Source: Octopus sinensis (taxonomy: Eukaryota). Taken from it: a stretch of 64,000 nt of DNA. The DNA lies in the NCBI RefSeq assembly GCF_006345805.1, contig NC_043001.1, positions 98,518,001-98,582,000 of the forward strand, given 5' to 3'. A model generated the notes under the pieces. The model saw only the letters and a program-made list of their open reading frames with translations, was not told the DNA's origin and ran no database searches. The stretch's first letter is position 1. Each line of letters starts with the position of its first letter. Shown here piece by piece: positions 1 to 10,480 of the stretch. A program made the translations under genes and the position numbers.

Positions 1-800
1 AAAATGATCAGTTAGGGTACAGTATCTTGGAAAAGGAATAAATAGACTAATCACTAAAAACCATAATAAAAAAGAAAATATTCATACCTTATTAACTCTA
101 ATAGTAAGTTTATATAGAAAAGGTATAATAATTTATGAGCTAGAAAATTAGCTTATTAAGTTTACTATAATCGGGGCTGACACTCGGTATTAGTTGAAAA
201 GATATTTTTTGTTAAAAGGACAAGTTAACCATATACTAATATTAAATTAAGAGGTATAATATAGATTACATAAGTTATTTGTGTTAATCTATAAATAAAT
301 AATATTACAGTTTCTTAGGAGTACTTAATTGGAGGGGCTATTTAAAACCAATATAAATATCAAAATTAAGGGGATGGAGCACTATAAGAAAGGAATAAAA
401 AATTTAATTACTAAAACTATTTTGAACAATATATCAAATTTTTGGATAAGGTTAAAATACAAGGCTATCATGGAGATTTACCATTTGGGTGAGAGAACAA
501 ATATATTACAGTTTAGTTAAATCTTAATTTAGGCAGTTTAATTTTGGCATTTTAATTTTAAAATTTTGAAGATACCTATATTGTTTTTTATAAGCTAAGT
601 ATGGCTTTATAGGGGTACAACAATTTAGGTTTATATAAAGGCAATTATAGAGTATTGAAATGATTAGGTAGTGTAGAAACATCATAGAAAAGGATGTGAA
701 AATAGCTTAATCACTAAAATCATGATGAAATGTGTACACAACTTAGTAACTTTGATAGAGAAGATTTATGGAACAAATGCAATAATTTTAGAAATTAAAA
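1..800. repeat. Highly diverged internal direct repeats in an A-rich block
   Basis: 1-140 aligns by eye with 657-795 (aaatgat.ag.tag.gta...gaaaagga...aaatag..taatcactaaaa.cat.at.aaa). A weaker third copy of gaaaggaata...taat(c/t)actaaaa lies near 388. Confidence 0.5.
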
Positions 801-1135
801 ATTCTTTATTTACTCAATTAGCTTGTGTCATTTTCACTAGTACCTAGTATTGACTAAAAATTAATGTTGCAGGGTATGCTATTTATGCATTGATTAGTAC
901 CTTCAAATATTTTAGAAAGTAATATTTTATTGATCTTAAGTTATTAAATCTTATAATATACCTCTTAGTTAGATATATATATATCAATGCATAAATAGAA
1001 TACCCTGCAACATTAATTTTTAGTCAATACTAGTTACTAGTGAAAATGACACAAGTAAATAAAGAATTTTTCAATTTCTAGAATTATTGCATTTGTTCCA
1101 TAAATCTTCTCTATTGAAGTTACAAAGTTACTAAG
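742..1135. repeat. Long inverted repeat, ~150-bp arms (742-894 / 983-1135), 88-bp spacer
   Basis: The left arm cttagtaactttgatagagaag...atttatgcattgat is the reverse complement of atcaatgcataaatag...aaagttactaag. Differences are a few substitutions, a 9-nt indel (tcaattagc) and a short duplication at the outer end of the right arm. Confidence 0.92.
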
Positions 1136-1139
1136 CATA

Positions 1140-1225
1140 AAGAAGCTCACTTCGCAAACAACAGGTTTCGAGTTCACACCCTCTGCTTGGCATATTGAGC
1201 TAGTGTCTCTAACTATAGCCCCGTA
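1140..1225 (+). mobile_element. Fragment of a tRNA-derived SINE
   Basis: gaagctcacttcgcaaac..ggtttcgagttcacacc matches the SINE head seen elsewhere in the window (e.g. 34180-34260, 38600) with a B-box-like GGTTCGA motif. Confidence 0.5.
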
Positions 1226-1263
1226 CTAAATGATACCTTATGAATGAATTCAGTGAACAGAAA

Positions 1264-1265
<2 letters not shown>

Positions 1266-1300
<35 letters not shown>

Positions 1301-1314
1301 TACATACATACATA
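1266..1314. repeat. (CA)n/(CATA)n microsatellite
   Basis: Directly visible. Confidence 0.95.
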
Positions 1315-1692
1315 CACTTGCGTCAGAAATTAATTAGCACTTCTCAAATTTCTACATTAAATAGGTTAAATCAATTAACCTATGAGCTGTTCAAAACGTC
1401 TTACGCGATGAGAAAACTTAGTATGGTGTGATTTCGGTCCTTGCGAGGCGCTACCTATATTTATTAAACAAAGGAATTTGTCTGCATCCGCACTCCAAGT
1501 TGTTGTTGCACTGCTATGTCAACATCATAAGGCTGTAGACTCTCAAACTGCTCTGCAAACAAAGTTACGTCATCGTTCTGCACAACAGTGAACTCGCAAC
1601 AAAGCAATAGTTCGAGATATGGCCACTAGGTGACAGCACATACCTTGAGTGAAGAGCAAATCAAGGGTGCTAATTAATTTCTGACGGTAGTG
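1315..1692. mobile_element. Non-autonomous Tc1/mariner element (MITE-like, 378 bp)
   Basis: 26-bp TIRs cacttgcgtcagaaattaattagcac / gtgctaattaatttctgacggtagtg (2 mismatches), flanked by TA at 1313-1314 and 1693-1694. Confidence 0.85.
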
Positions 1693-1800
1693 TACATACA
1701 TACAAACAATGTGTCTTTTAATGGTTTCGTTTTCGTCTAACATGTCTAACTAAAGCAGGCAATTATAACATCAACAAGTAGTAGCAGTTACTGTTGTTGT

Positions 1801-1938
1801 TCCGCCGAGGTCGACTTTGCTTTTCATCCTTTCGGTGGTGGGGGTCGATAAATTAAGTACCAGTTGTGTCTTGGGGTCGATCTAATCGACTGGGCACCCT
1901 CCCCAAAAATTTCGGGCCCTGTGCCTAGAGTAGAAAAG
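1801..1938 (+). mobile_element. SINE with Meta-domain-like core (MetaSINE-like), partial
   Basis: Core gccgaggtcgactttgc(c)tttcatcctttcgg..ggtcgataaattaagtaccag recurs many times in the window (about 2520, 2905, 28360, 46600, 48860, 57860, and reverse copies). Confidence 0.75.
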
Positions 1939-3388
1939 TCGCTGTTGTTGCTATTGTTGTTGTTTTTGTTGTTGTTTTACTCGCGCTAGTATTACTGACA
2001 GTGATGTTGGTGTGGTGAGGCTAGAACCAATCACACGGCTCGGCGTGGTGTATTGTGGCAGCTGTGCTTATCTGTGTGTGGGGGGGGGGTTGAGAATACA
2101 GTAATGTTTAAGTGAACTTACAAATGCGTTTATTCTATTTTATTTACTAATATACTCTACGTTTATGTATTTGCTTTGCAAGATTCCTAAAGTTATCTCC
2201 CTTATACTTACTAAGGTAATCAAGACCTGCCTCCCTTTATTTCACCAGTTAAGAAGCTTTAATAGGAAGGAATTCAGCAAGACTAAAATTGCATTTACAC
2301 GGGCAGATACCTAATCAACCATAACTGACTGGTATCGAATGGTTGGCGAACCGGAGTAAATTATCCTAAGTGGAGTAAAAATGAAATTTTTTGGCGTAAT
2401 GAGGAGTCGTTAGACATAATTAAAATTATAAAAGAAATGTGTTCCTTGTTACGACAGAAATGTTTCTTCTGGCATGAGGAAGATGGAAATTTCTTGTTTC
2501 ATTTTTTTACATTCTGAGTTCAAATCCCGCCGAATTCAACTTCGCCTTCTATTCTTTCTGGGGTAATAAAACAAAGAACCTGTCAAGTACTGAGTTCAAT
2601 GGTACCGACGAATCCTCGCCGCTCAAAATTGCTGGCTTTGTGTCTGGAAACAGTTATCGAAAACCCTTGTTGTTTAGCGCTAGATGTGTTCGGATGAAGC
2701 TGATATAGGATCAATTATATTCCAATCGTGACCAGTTTATCTAATTTATTCAGGACTACATTATTAAAAGAGTCCTCTTACGTTTCTTTTTTTTTTTTAT
2801 TGAGAAGTGGCTCAAAGTTATAGAAGTTGGCCTGAACTCGGAAGCATGTGGTTGAGAAGCAAACTTCTTACCACACATGCACGCCTACACGTTGTTTTCA
2901 GATCCTCCCATGGTCAACTTTGCCTTTCATCCTTTCGGGGTTGGAGTTGATAAAATGACGTAGAAGTCAAGAACATAACTAACTCTTTCCCTTAAAACTG
3001 CTGACCATGTGCCAAAATTTGAAATAGTATTAGGGAATGGGGTACAATGAGCATTATTTATTGCATTTTTTACTTTGAGAAAATGTTCACTATCTTACAA
3101 AAACTATATCAGCTAAGCAAATGACCTTCATTAAATGCATTAAAAAAACTCTAACATATTCAGAGCACTCTTTCAGGAAATTATTTCTGTTCTCTTTAAA
3201 CATACAAAAAGCAAATTTAGGTGCGCAAAATGAGTAAGACAAAACAGGGTAAATTTGCCTCTTCAATTTTCCCAATTACATTTTTAAAAGGACCCATCCT
3301 TAGACTTCAGAAAGATCAGAAATACAACAAAAATAAAAATACCTAGGTCAAAAGAAAGAGGATCGTGGAAAATGACATATGATATGAA

Positions 3389-5590
3389 ATTCAGTTCTTT
3401 ATTTGCCACTAAGGACTTTACACAGAGGGACAATACAAGACAGACAGTGTGAGGTCATACAGACAGTGTGGGGGGGTCATACATGTAGTCGATAACAAGA
3501 TGAAATAAACAACGTGATAGCGTGTAAACAGTGATAACATGTGTAAAAACAAAAAAAAAATTTGAATAAAACATTAGTAACAAAGAGGTACCCAAAAAGG
3601 GAAGCATACTGGGTTGGACGTGGAGACCCCTCAATCCTCGAACCAAAGTAGTCGCTAAGGTAAAACCTAGGAATTCAGGCTCAAGTTAGACATGCTGCCT
3701 AACTTGAGCAAGAACATGAGAGAAAAAAAGAGTTATCTACATTATTGGCTGTGGGGGATGAAGGATTTTCCTCACTAATTTGGGTGGCTTGTGGGGTTTC
3801 CACGATTAAATTTTTGTAAAGATTTTTGATAGTGGTTCTCTGTAGATTTCCTATGGCATTGGGGAAGTTTTCCTTTAGGTGGGTGTATATTTATTTCACT
3901 GGATGTATATTTATTTTAACTGTTTATACTATTTGTATGTGCTTGGGAACATGCGGTAACGGGCTAATAAGATTGTGTGGTGCAATACCTGTGTTGTCTT
4001 GTATGTGTTTCATGAGGGATGTGTTTTTTACGTTGATGGCTGTGAAGTTTGTGACTGCGTTTGGTGTGCAGTGCTGGCAGTGGTGCAGGTGTTGTAGGTA
4101 ATGTGGGGGGGGTGACGGTGATTATGTGTCTGTGTTGTGTTGTGGTGAAATCGTTTCTTCTTTTTTGGGGTACCTTCTTCCAATCATCGATGTCAGCTTC
4201 CTTGGGGGCCATCAGGGTCCAACTGAGTATGTGGTAAATCCTTTGGGTTGGATGATTGGATTTCTTTCATAGGAGTTTAGGTCGTTGGTTCGATGGCTAG
4301 TTTTGTGCAATGCGATACTTTCTCTGTGTGTGTGGTGCACGTGTCTCTATTAGTGTTAACGGGTCTGTAGCGGTCTTCGCTGCCGTAGAAGTCGATAAGT
4401 GGTCAGTGAGTTGTTCAGACTTGGCTGTTTCGGTTGGGGTGGAGAGACTTGTGACGTGTCCTGTGTTGGATTCTGTTGGAATGCCGCCTTTGCTGGGGGT
4501 GGCTTTTATCTCTTACTCCTAATGAACAGAAGGCTTTAAAATGGTCTTTCTGTCCACATAGGTAGCACTTGGGTCTACGCCCCTCCACTATCACGCGCAG
4601 CTTTGCTCCGTCTAGCAGGTTTATCAGGTCCGGAATAAACTCGAAATCCCCTAGTTTGCTTGAATTAACATTTCAAACTCCTGCTCCCAGCGGTTCTGTA
4701 AGTGCAGTCTGTTTATGTTTTCCTCTATATCAAGCAGAACCGCTGCCGCCACCCATAGGACGTCAATCTCTGGGGGCACCTCCCCAATTTTACTTTCGAT
4801 ATTCTTCGACCCAAGTAGGTCGGCAGGAGCACCAGCTTTTAGGGGCACTGTAGAATGTTCTTTTGCTTCGTCTTCCGAAGCGAGCCTCATATCCACAGTA
4901 CCATAATTTTTTTCCTCTGGCTATGTAATTAATTTTTTCCCATGTGGGTTGAAGATACTTTTCGATGGTTTCTTTCATCACTTGGTCAATTTTTCTTTGT
5001 TTTAATAACAGAGTTTTGTAAGTGATGGTTTTCCGTGACGTGCGCTGTTGGATTTCGTGAGGGGGTGTCAAAGTAACATTTGTGCCATCTCTTTTCAATA
5101 GATTTTTTACTTCTTTAAAGTCGTTGCTGATGGATTCTCGCTTCAGACGTGACACCGCGGCTGTTCAGTTTGAAATTTTCTATCTCGTGGTTTTTGGTTT
5201 TGCTGATTTGGGTGTCCTTGAAAGTTTTCGATAACTTTTCTTGGGAAAGTAAACCATTCCCCTCCTCCTGTTCGCATAGAGAAGAGAAGGAAACATTTCG
5301 TTGTACAATTCGTCGCTCAGTTCGTTGTACACTTCAACGTTAGGGACATTACCCTCGCCATGACTGGAAACCATGATTAAAAAACAAAAAAGATTAATTG
5401 AACAGAAAAACTCCAACACAGATGAACAAGAGTATAATTCGTCCTTAGAAGTGGGGAATTTTGGGATGCGACACCTCCTTTGCTAAGCATGTTCAGTTTC
5501 GAAAGTGCACGCAATCAAAATAAACTGAACCCACTTTAGCAACAAGAAAGTAACAACACTTACGAACTCACAAAAATACATCCGCTCGGC
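3389..5590 (-). mobile_element. L1/Tx1-like non-LTR element A, apparently ORF1-only
   Basis: On the minus strand: 5' UTR, frameshifted ORF1 (RRM-like region plus CCHC), S/T/P-rich tail, ~0.7-kb 3' region with no recognisable APE/RT motifs, and a terminal motif tgtattgtccctct..gtccttagtggcaaataaagaa shared with element B. Confidence 0.75.
4100..5374 (-). pseudogene. ORF1p of element A (Tx1/L1-type nucleic-acid-binding protein), frameshifted
   Basis: Joined frames read ...KETIEKYLQPTWEKINYIARGK/GTVDMRLASEDEAKEHSTVPLK...KIGEVPPEIDVLWVAAAV...PDLINLLDGAKLRVIVEGRRPKCYLCGQKDHFKAFC. CX2CX4HX4C is at 4526-4567 and a C-terminal WKKVPQKRR basic motif is present. Confidence 0.8.
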
Positions 5591-5598
5591 AAAAAAAA

Positions 5599-7340
5599 AT
5601 TTGATTCGTTATTGGCCACTAAGGACCACATATAGAGGGACAATACAGGACAGAGAAGCTGAGTTCGTACGCCGGTACGGCAACAAAGAGAAAAGATCGA
5701 ATGACGTTAAAAATTAAAAATATTACAACAAAATGAGAAAAACAGGATAACGGCGATCTGTGGTTGTGGTGCTGGTGTTTGTGCTGGTTGTGTAGGGGTA
5801 GGGGTGTGAGTGCGGGAGGATATGTGTCTGTGATGCAGAGGGGTATCGGGAAGTATTCTTTCTTTTTCTTTTTTTTGTGGGGATCTCCTTCCAATCAGAG
5901 TTGGTGGCAGCCGAGTCCACCTCTGAGGTGGGGGTCATCCTTGGAGTTTTGGTTGTCTCTTACTGAGTTGGCGCTGGTGGATGTATGGTTTGGAAGTGCA
6001 CTCTCCCACGCGGGCGCCTCCTTAGCTTTTACTGCAGGGGCTGGGCTTGGTGTAGATTTTGCTGTATATTTTCCTGATCGTCCGGAGTTGAGGCGGCCTG
6101 AGTCTTAGTCTGCGCTGGTCTCACTTGGATCTGCTGTCGGAAGCTCATTACAGTGGATTCCAGTGGGCAGATGACCCTAACATATATCCCTTCTGTTCAC
6201 ATTTGTAGCATCTGGGTCTGCATCCCTCCACCATGACGTGCATCACTGGCCCATCTGGTCGTTTGATCAGGTCTGACAGCGCTTCAAGGTCCTGTTGGGA
6301 TGCTTGAATAATTAGTTCTATTCCTTGGTGACTTCAAGGGTGTTTATGTTCGTTTCTAATCCAGCAGGGCAGCCGCTACCACCCATACGGTGTCTATTTC
6401 TAGTGGCACCTCCCCAATATTTATTTTGGAAGTTCTTCCCAAACAAGAAGGTAGAAAATACTGGTTCAGATGTTTTAAAGACACTGTGGAGTGTTCTTTG
6501 GCTTCTTCTGAAGCGAATCTAACCTCCACAGGGCCAGATTTTTCACCTCTTGCCACATAGGTGGTCCTGATCCAAATGGGTTGTAAGCATTTTTCTATTT
6601 GTTCTTTAGTGGCGTGTTCAATTTTTTCTTTTGTTTTTGTTTTTTTAAAAGAGAATGTTTTATACGTATCATGAAAATTGTTCGAAAAACAGTTATCCGA
6701 AATAAATATTATTTGTATACTTGATTTTTAATTTTATCATTTTTGATTAAATAAAATTAAAAAATTAGAATAATTAACATTTCGTATAAATGTCCTTTTG
6801 AATAATTTTCATTCATACAAGTTTCCATTCGAATAAATGTTTTTCGAATAATTGTTTTCGAACAATTATTTTCGAACAATGTTCACATAATCGTTTTATA
6901 AGTTATTGCTTTACGCAAGTTTTTTTTTTTTTTGCGCAATTTCGTAGAGAGGGGTTAGGCTTACACTAGCTTACATTAGGTGCCGTCATTTTTTAGTAGG
7001 CTTTTGAATTTTTTCAGTTCTTCTGTGATAAGATTTTTACTTTTCTTGGTTGACTGTAGCTGCCGATATGAAGCCGCGACTCGCTATTCATTGTTTGCGG
7101 GTATTTCTCATGGGAGTGACTGGTAATGGCGGCTTTAGTACTTGGGATATTTTATTTTCCTATACAACAACAGCGTTCTCCTCCTCCTCCTTCCCTCTCT
7201 CTCTCTCTCTCCCTCTCCACAAAGGAAAGGCGAGAAAGCCTCTTCGTAACTTCCAGATGGTGGGGTGAGAAGAGGCGCAATCCTCCTTCAGCTTTTCTTC
7301 CATGTTATAGAAAGAGATTTGCGTGTCGAAAAAATGTTGG
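5599..7340 (-). mobile_element. L1/Tx1-like non-LTR element B, apparently ORF1-only; 5' boundary approximate
   Basis: Paralogous ORF1 remnant (EELKKFKSLLKNDGT; VEVRFASEEAKEHSTVSLK; KINIGEVPLEIDTVWVVAA; VMVEGCRPRCYKCEQKG; WKEIPTKKRKRK) is followed after ~200 bp by the same 3' tail as element A. Its 3' end abuts the 5' end of element A across an A9 run. Confidence 0.7.
6665..6892. mobile_element. 228-bp MITE inserted into ORF1 of element B
   Basis: 8-bp TSD gttttata (6657-6664 and 6893-6900), imperfect TIRs sharing tgaa(a/c)attgttcgaaaa, and internal repeated TTCGAA motifs. Removing it restores colinearity with element A. Confidence 0.8.
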
Positions 7341-9495
7341 TTTTTCATCCAACTTGTAGGGTGGCAATTCGCCCCCAATGGGCGAACCTTCTAAGTTTGG
7401 TGAAACTTCAACCGTCAAGCGGGCTCAGTTTAAAAATAAACAACGTAACGACCGACTAAATACTCGTACGTTGTGACAGCAGTAGATGAAGATACGGCAA
7501 CGATGGTGCTGGACATTTTAACCCAACGCACAAATGCGCCTTGTTGAAAAACAGGTTAGTGGATACATTCCGACGCAGTGAACGAGAAGCGACAGCCAAG
7601 ATACTGGAGGAGGAATTAGGCGATTCTAAGCCTTCGGAACTGATGGACAAGATGTTAGCATTAGTTCCCCCAAACCGGTGAGTCACCTTTTTATTTAGGG
7701 AAATATTCCTCCGCAAGCTGTCACCTTTAGATCCAGGCCCTCATAACTCAGACCGAAATCAAGAACCTGCGGCAATTAGCGAAGGCAGCTGGCAAACATT
7801 TTTTATCCAGTGGTGTTATGGTCAACGCCATAGGGTCGGCCCCGAGACAGGGTAGGGTTAAGCAAGATGACCTGTGCTTCTACCACGCAAAGTTCGGGGA
7901 AAAGGCGACAAAGTGCAAACAGCCGTGTAGCTTCGGTACCCCTTCACCAGTGACCTAGGAAAACTCCAGAGCCGGCCGCCATTGAACGCCTGGTTGCCGG
8001 CAGACATGATCAAATGCTCCTCAATGTCCGCGATCGGACACAAGAGTAGAAGTCAGCGTGATCCCGGCGTCGGCAAGGGACCTCCGTCACGGAAAGCGGA
8101 GCCAACTTTTAACAGCCACCAGCGGGTCCACAATCGAGGCATACGGTCGTCTCATCCTTTCTCTCAACATCAGCTCATAAAAATACCCATGGGCATTCAC
8201 CATCGCCGATGTCCATCAGCCCATAATCGGAGCAGCCATTCTTCGATCACACTTGCTACTGGTTGATTTGCGAGGAAGACGACTCCTCGACAACAACACA
8301 TACGCTTCCGTGCCTCTTGCAACATCTGCACATGCCCATCACCCCCCGCATATCAACCGTTTCGCAGACCAAGAACGAATTCCCGAATCTTCTTTTAAGT
8401 AGCCCCAATCTCACCACTCTGACATTCTCCAAACCTTCAGCCCGCCACGAGGTGACACGCCACATCTAAACCCCCGCCCCACCCCAGTGCACAGCCGCGC
8501 ACATCGTCTATCACCAGACAAACTTGCAATCGCGAAGGCCGAATTCGACAATATGAATGCATTGGGCATAGTTCACCGATCAAACTGTCCCTGATCGTCA
8601 CCTCTGCATGTGGCCCCCAAATCCAACGGAGGTTATTAACTCTGTGAAGATTACCGTCATCTCAACGCAGATACGATACTTGTCGCTACCCCATACAGGA
8701 TTTCTCAGCCCAGCTAGTCGGGTGCTCCGTTTTCTCGAAGGTTGACCTCATCCGTGGATACTACCAAATACCAGTACAAGACGACGATGTACCGAAAACC
8801 GCTGTGATCACTCCTTTCGGTCTGTACGAATTCCTATGTACACCCTTTCGGCTTATAAACGCAGCATACTCCTTCCAACGCCTGATAGACAGCATGTGCA
8901 GAGGTCTCGATTTTGTCTTTGCATACTCAGACGATATCCTTATTGCAAGCGAAAATGCGGAGCTACATAAGAAGTACATAGTGACTCTTTTTCATAGGCT
9001 GGAACAGTATGGTTTAATAATCAACCCCCCTCGCTCCGAGTGCGTTTTTGGTGCGACAGAAATCGACTTCTTGGGACACTGAATCAAAAGTGCCGGCGCT
9101 ACAATGACTTCAGCATTCGAATCCACAAAGCAAGCCCTGGCTTAAGCAACCATGCTGTCCCATCCTCATATGTCAGCTTGGACTGCACTCATGGTTGCCG
9201 CATCGGACACAGCCATTGGGGGAGTTTGGAAACAACACATCAACAGCCAGTGGCGACCGCTCGCCTTCTTCAGTCGACAACTACGACCCCCTGAACAGAA
9301 ATACAGTGTATTCGACAGGAAACTACTGGCTGTCCATCTAGGTGTTCGCCACTTTCGCTATTTCCTTGAAGGCCGCATGTTTACAGTATTCACAGATCAC
9401 AAACCACTTACCTTTGCTATGAGCAAGCTCTCGGAGCGTTGGTCTGTCGCCAGCAACGACAGCTATCGGCCATTTTTTAATACATCACAGACATC

Positions 9496-9733
9496 TGTTG
9501 TTGTTATATATATATAATGTATTGAGTATTAAAGGAAGTAGTGTGTACTTAGTATGAAAGATTAAGAAAATGAGAGAGACTGAAAAAACGTGTTAACGAT
9601 ACGAGATACTTTATTAGACTGCCGTTGTTGTACAAGGTATTTGTTGTGGCGGGAAACTTACTGAATGTCCTTGTATCAAGGGAGACAATGGGCAACGTTG
9701 ATTGTTCATGTTTGTTGTGATGATTACATAACA
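9496..9733 (-). repeat. 3' LTR of nested Gypsy element
   Basis: Identical to 13789-14026 except gtgTgtac vs gtgAgtac. Contains AATAAA on the minus strand. Confidence 0.97.
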
Positions 9734-9949
9734 TCTTCCTTTTTTAAAAAAAAATTTTTTTTTTTTATTATCATCATCTGTACCTACAGGGAATAATTAT
9801 TCGTCGTCCACTTTTTGTGGTTTTATTATTTTGTAGTGTTGAATTCTGTAGTTGTGCTGTTTTTGTTTTTTCATGCGTGTTTGTTGACTTTGGAAATATA
9901 TTTTCATAATCTAATTCTTCTGTTATGCGAACGTGTTCGTTTGTTTTAA

Positions 9950-10480
9950 GAATATGTTGTCTATTTCGTTTGACTGTATTACCTTCCTCTGTTATTACTA
10001 AGTATGAACGAGGTTGCTCTAGTTTTTTTTAATTATTTTGCCCCTTCTAAACCAATTGTTGTTAAACTTAATTCTAACCGTGTCGTGTGGTTTTAACTCT
10101 GGGAGCTCTGTTGTAATGTTTGATTTCTTCTTTTCGTGAGGCCTGATACCAATTTTGTCGTGTAGTAAGTTTGGGAGATTTGTTCGCAATGTTCTATTCA
10201 TTATTTGATTTGCAAGGGATGGTGCACCATTTTGTAATTTAGTCGTGCGTAATGCTAAGAGCGCTAACTGAGGTTCTTCGCCACTCTTGAATGTCTTTTT
10301 TATTGTCTGTACATTTCTCTCAACCATGCCATTCGCTTGATGATAATGCGGGCTTGTCTTCGTGTGATGAAAATGCCAATTTTTTGCAAATATTTTGAAT
10401 TCAGCCGAATTGAATTCTGGACCGTTGTCACTTACAACTGTTTGCGGAATTCCGAATTTAGCAAAAGTTTCTTTTAATTT
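9950..10480 (-). pseudogene. Integrase catalytic core and C-terminus of the nested element, displaced by two +1 frameshifts
   Basis: Removing one A from the A8 run near 10478-10485 gives IKKLKETFAKFGIPQTVVSDNGPEF..ANGMVERNVQTIKK. Removing one A from the A8 run near 10023-10030 gives KKLEQPRSYLVITEEGNTVKRNRQHIL. Confidence 0.85.

Noticed and set aside
1-960. Possible NUMT (ND5/ATP6-like fragments such as LYSKG, IGGAI, ETV)
   Set aside because: Matches are only 3-5 residues in AT-rich sequence and point to different genes and strands. The A-rich plus strand does not fit an ND5 sense strand, and the internal repeats are not expected in mtDNA coding regions. A BLAST against cephalopod mtDNA would settle it.
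5582-5590. GCCGAGCGG at the 5' end of element A resembling a tRNA-Leu/Ser A-box (possible tRNA target or head)
   Set aside because: Only 9 nt, with no B-box or cloverleaf.
3826-6108. Plus-strand hydrophobic/Cys-rich ORFs (3826-4101, 4310-4522, 5764-6108)
   Set aside because: Antisense shadows of the low-complexity tails of elements A and B.
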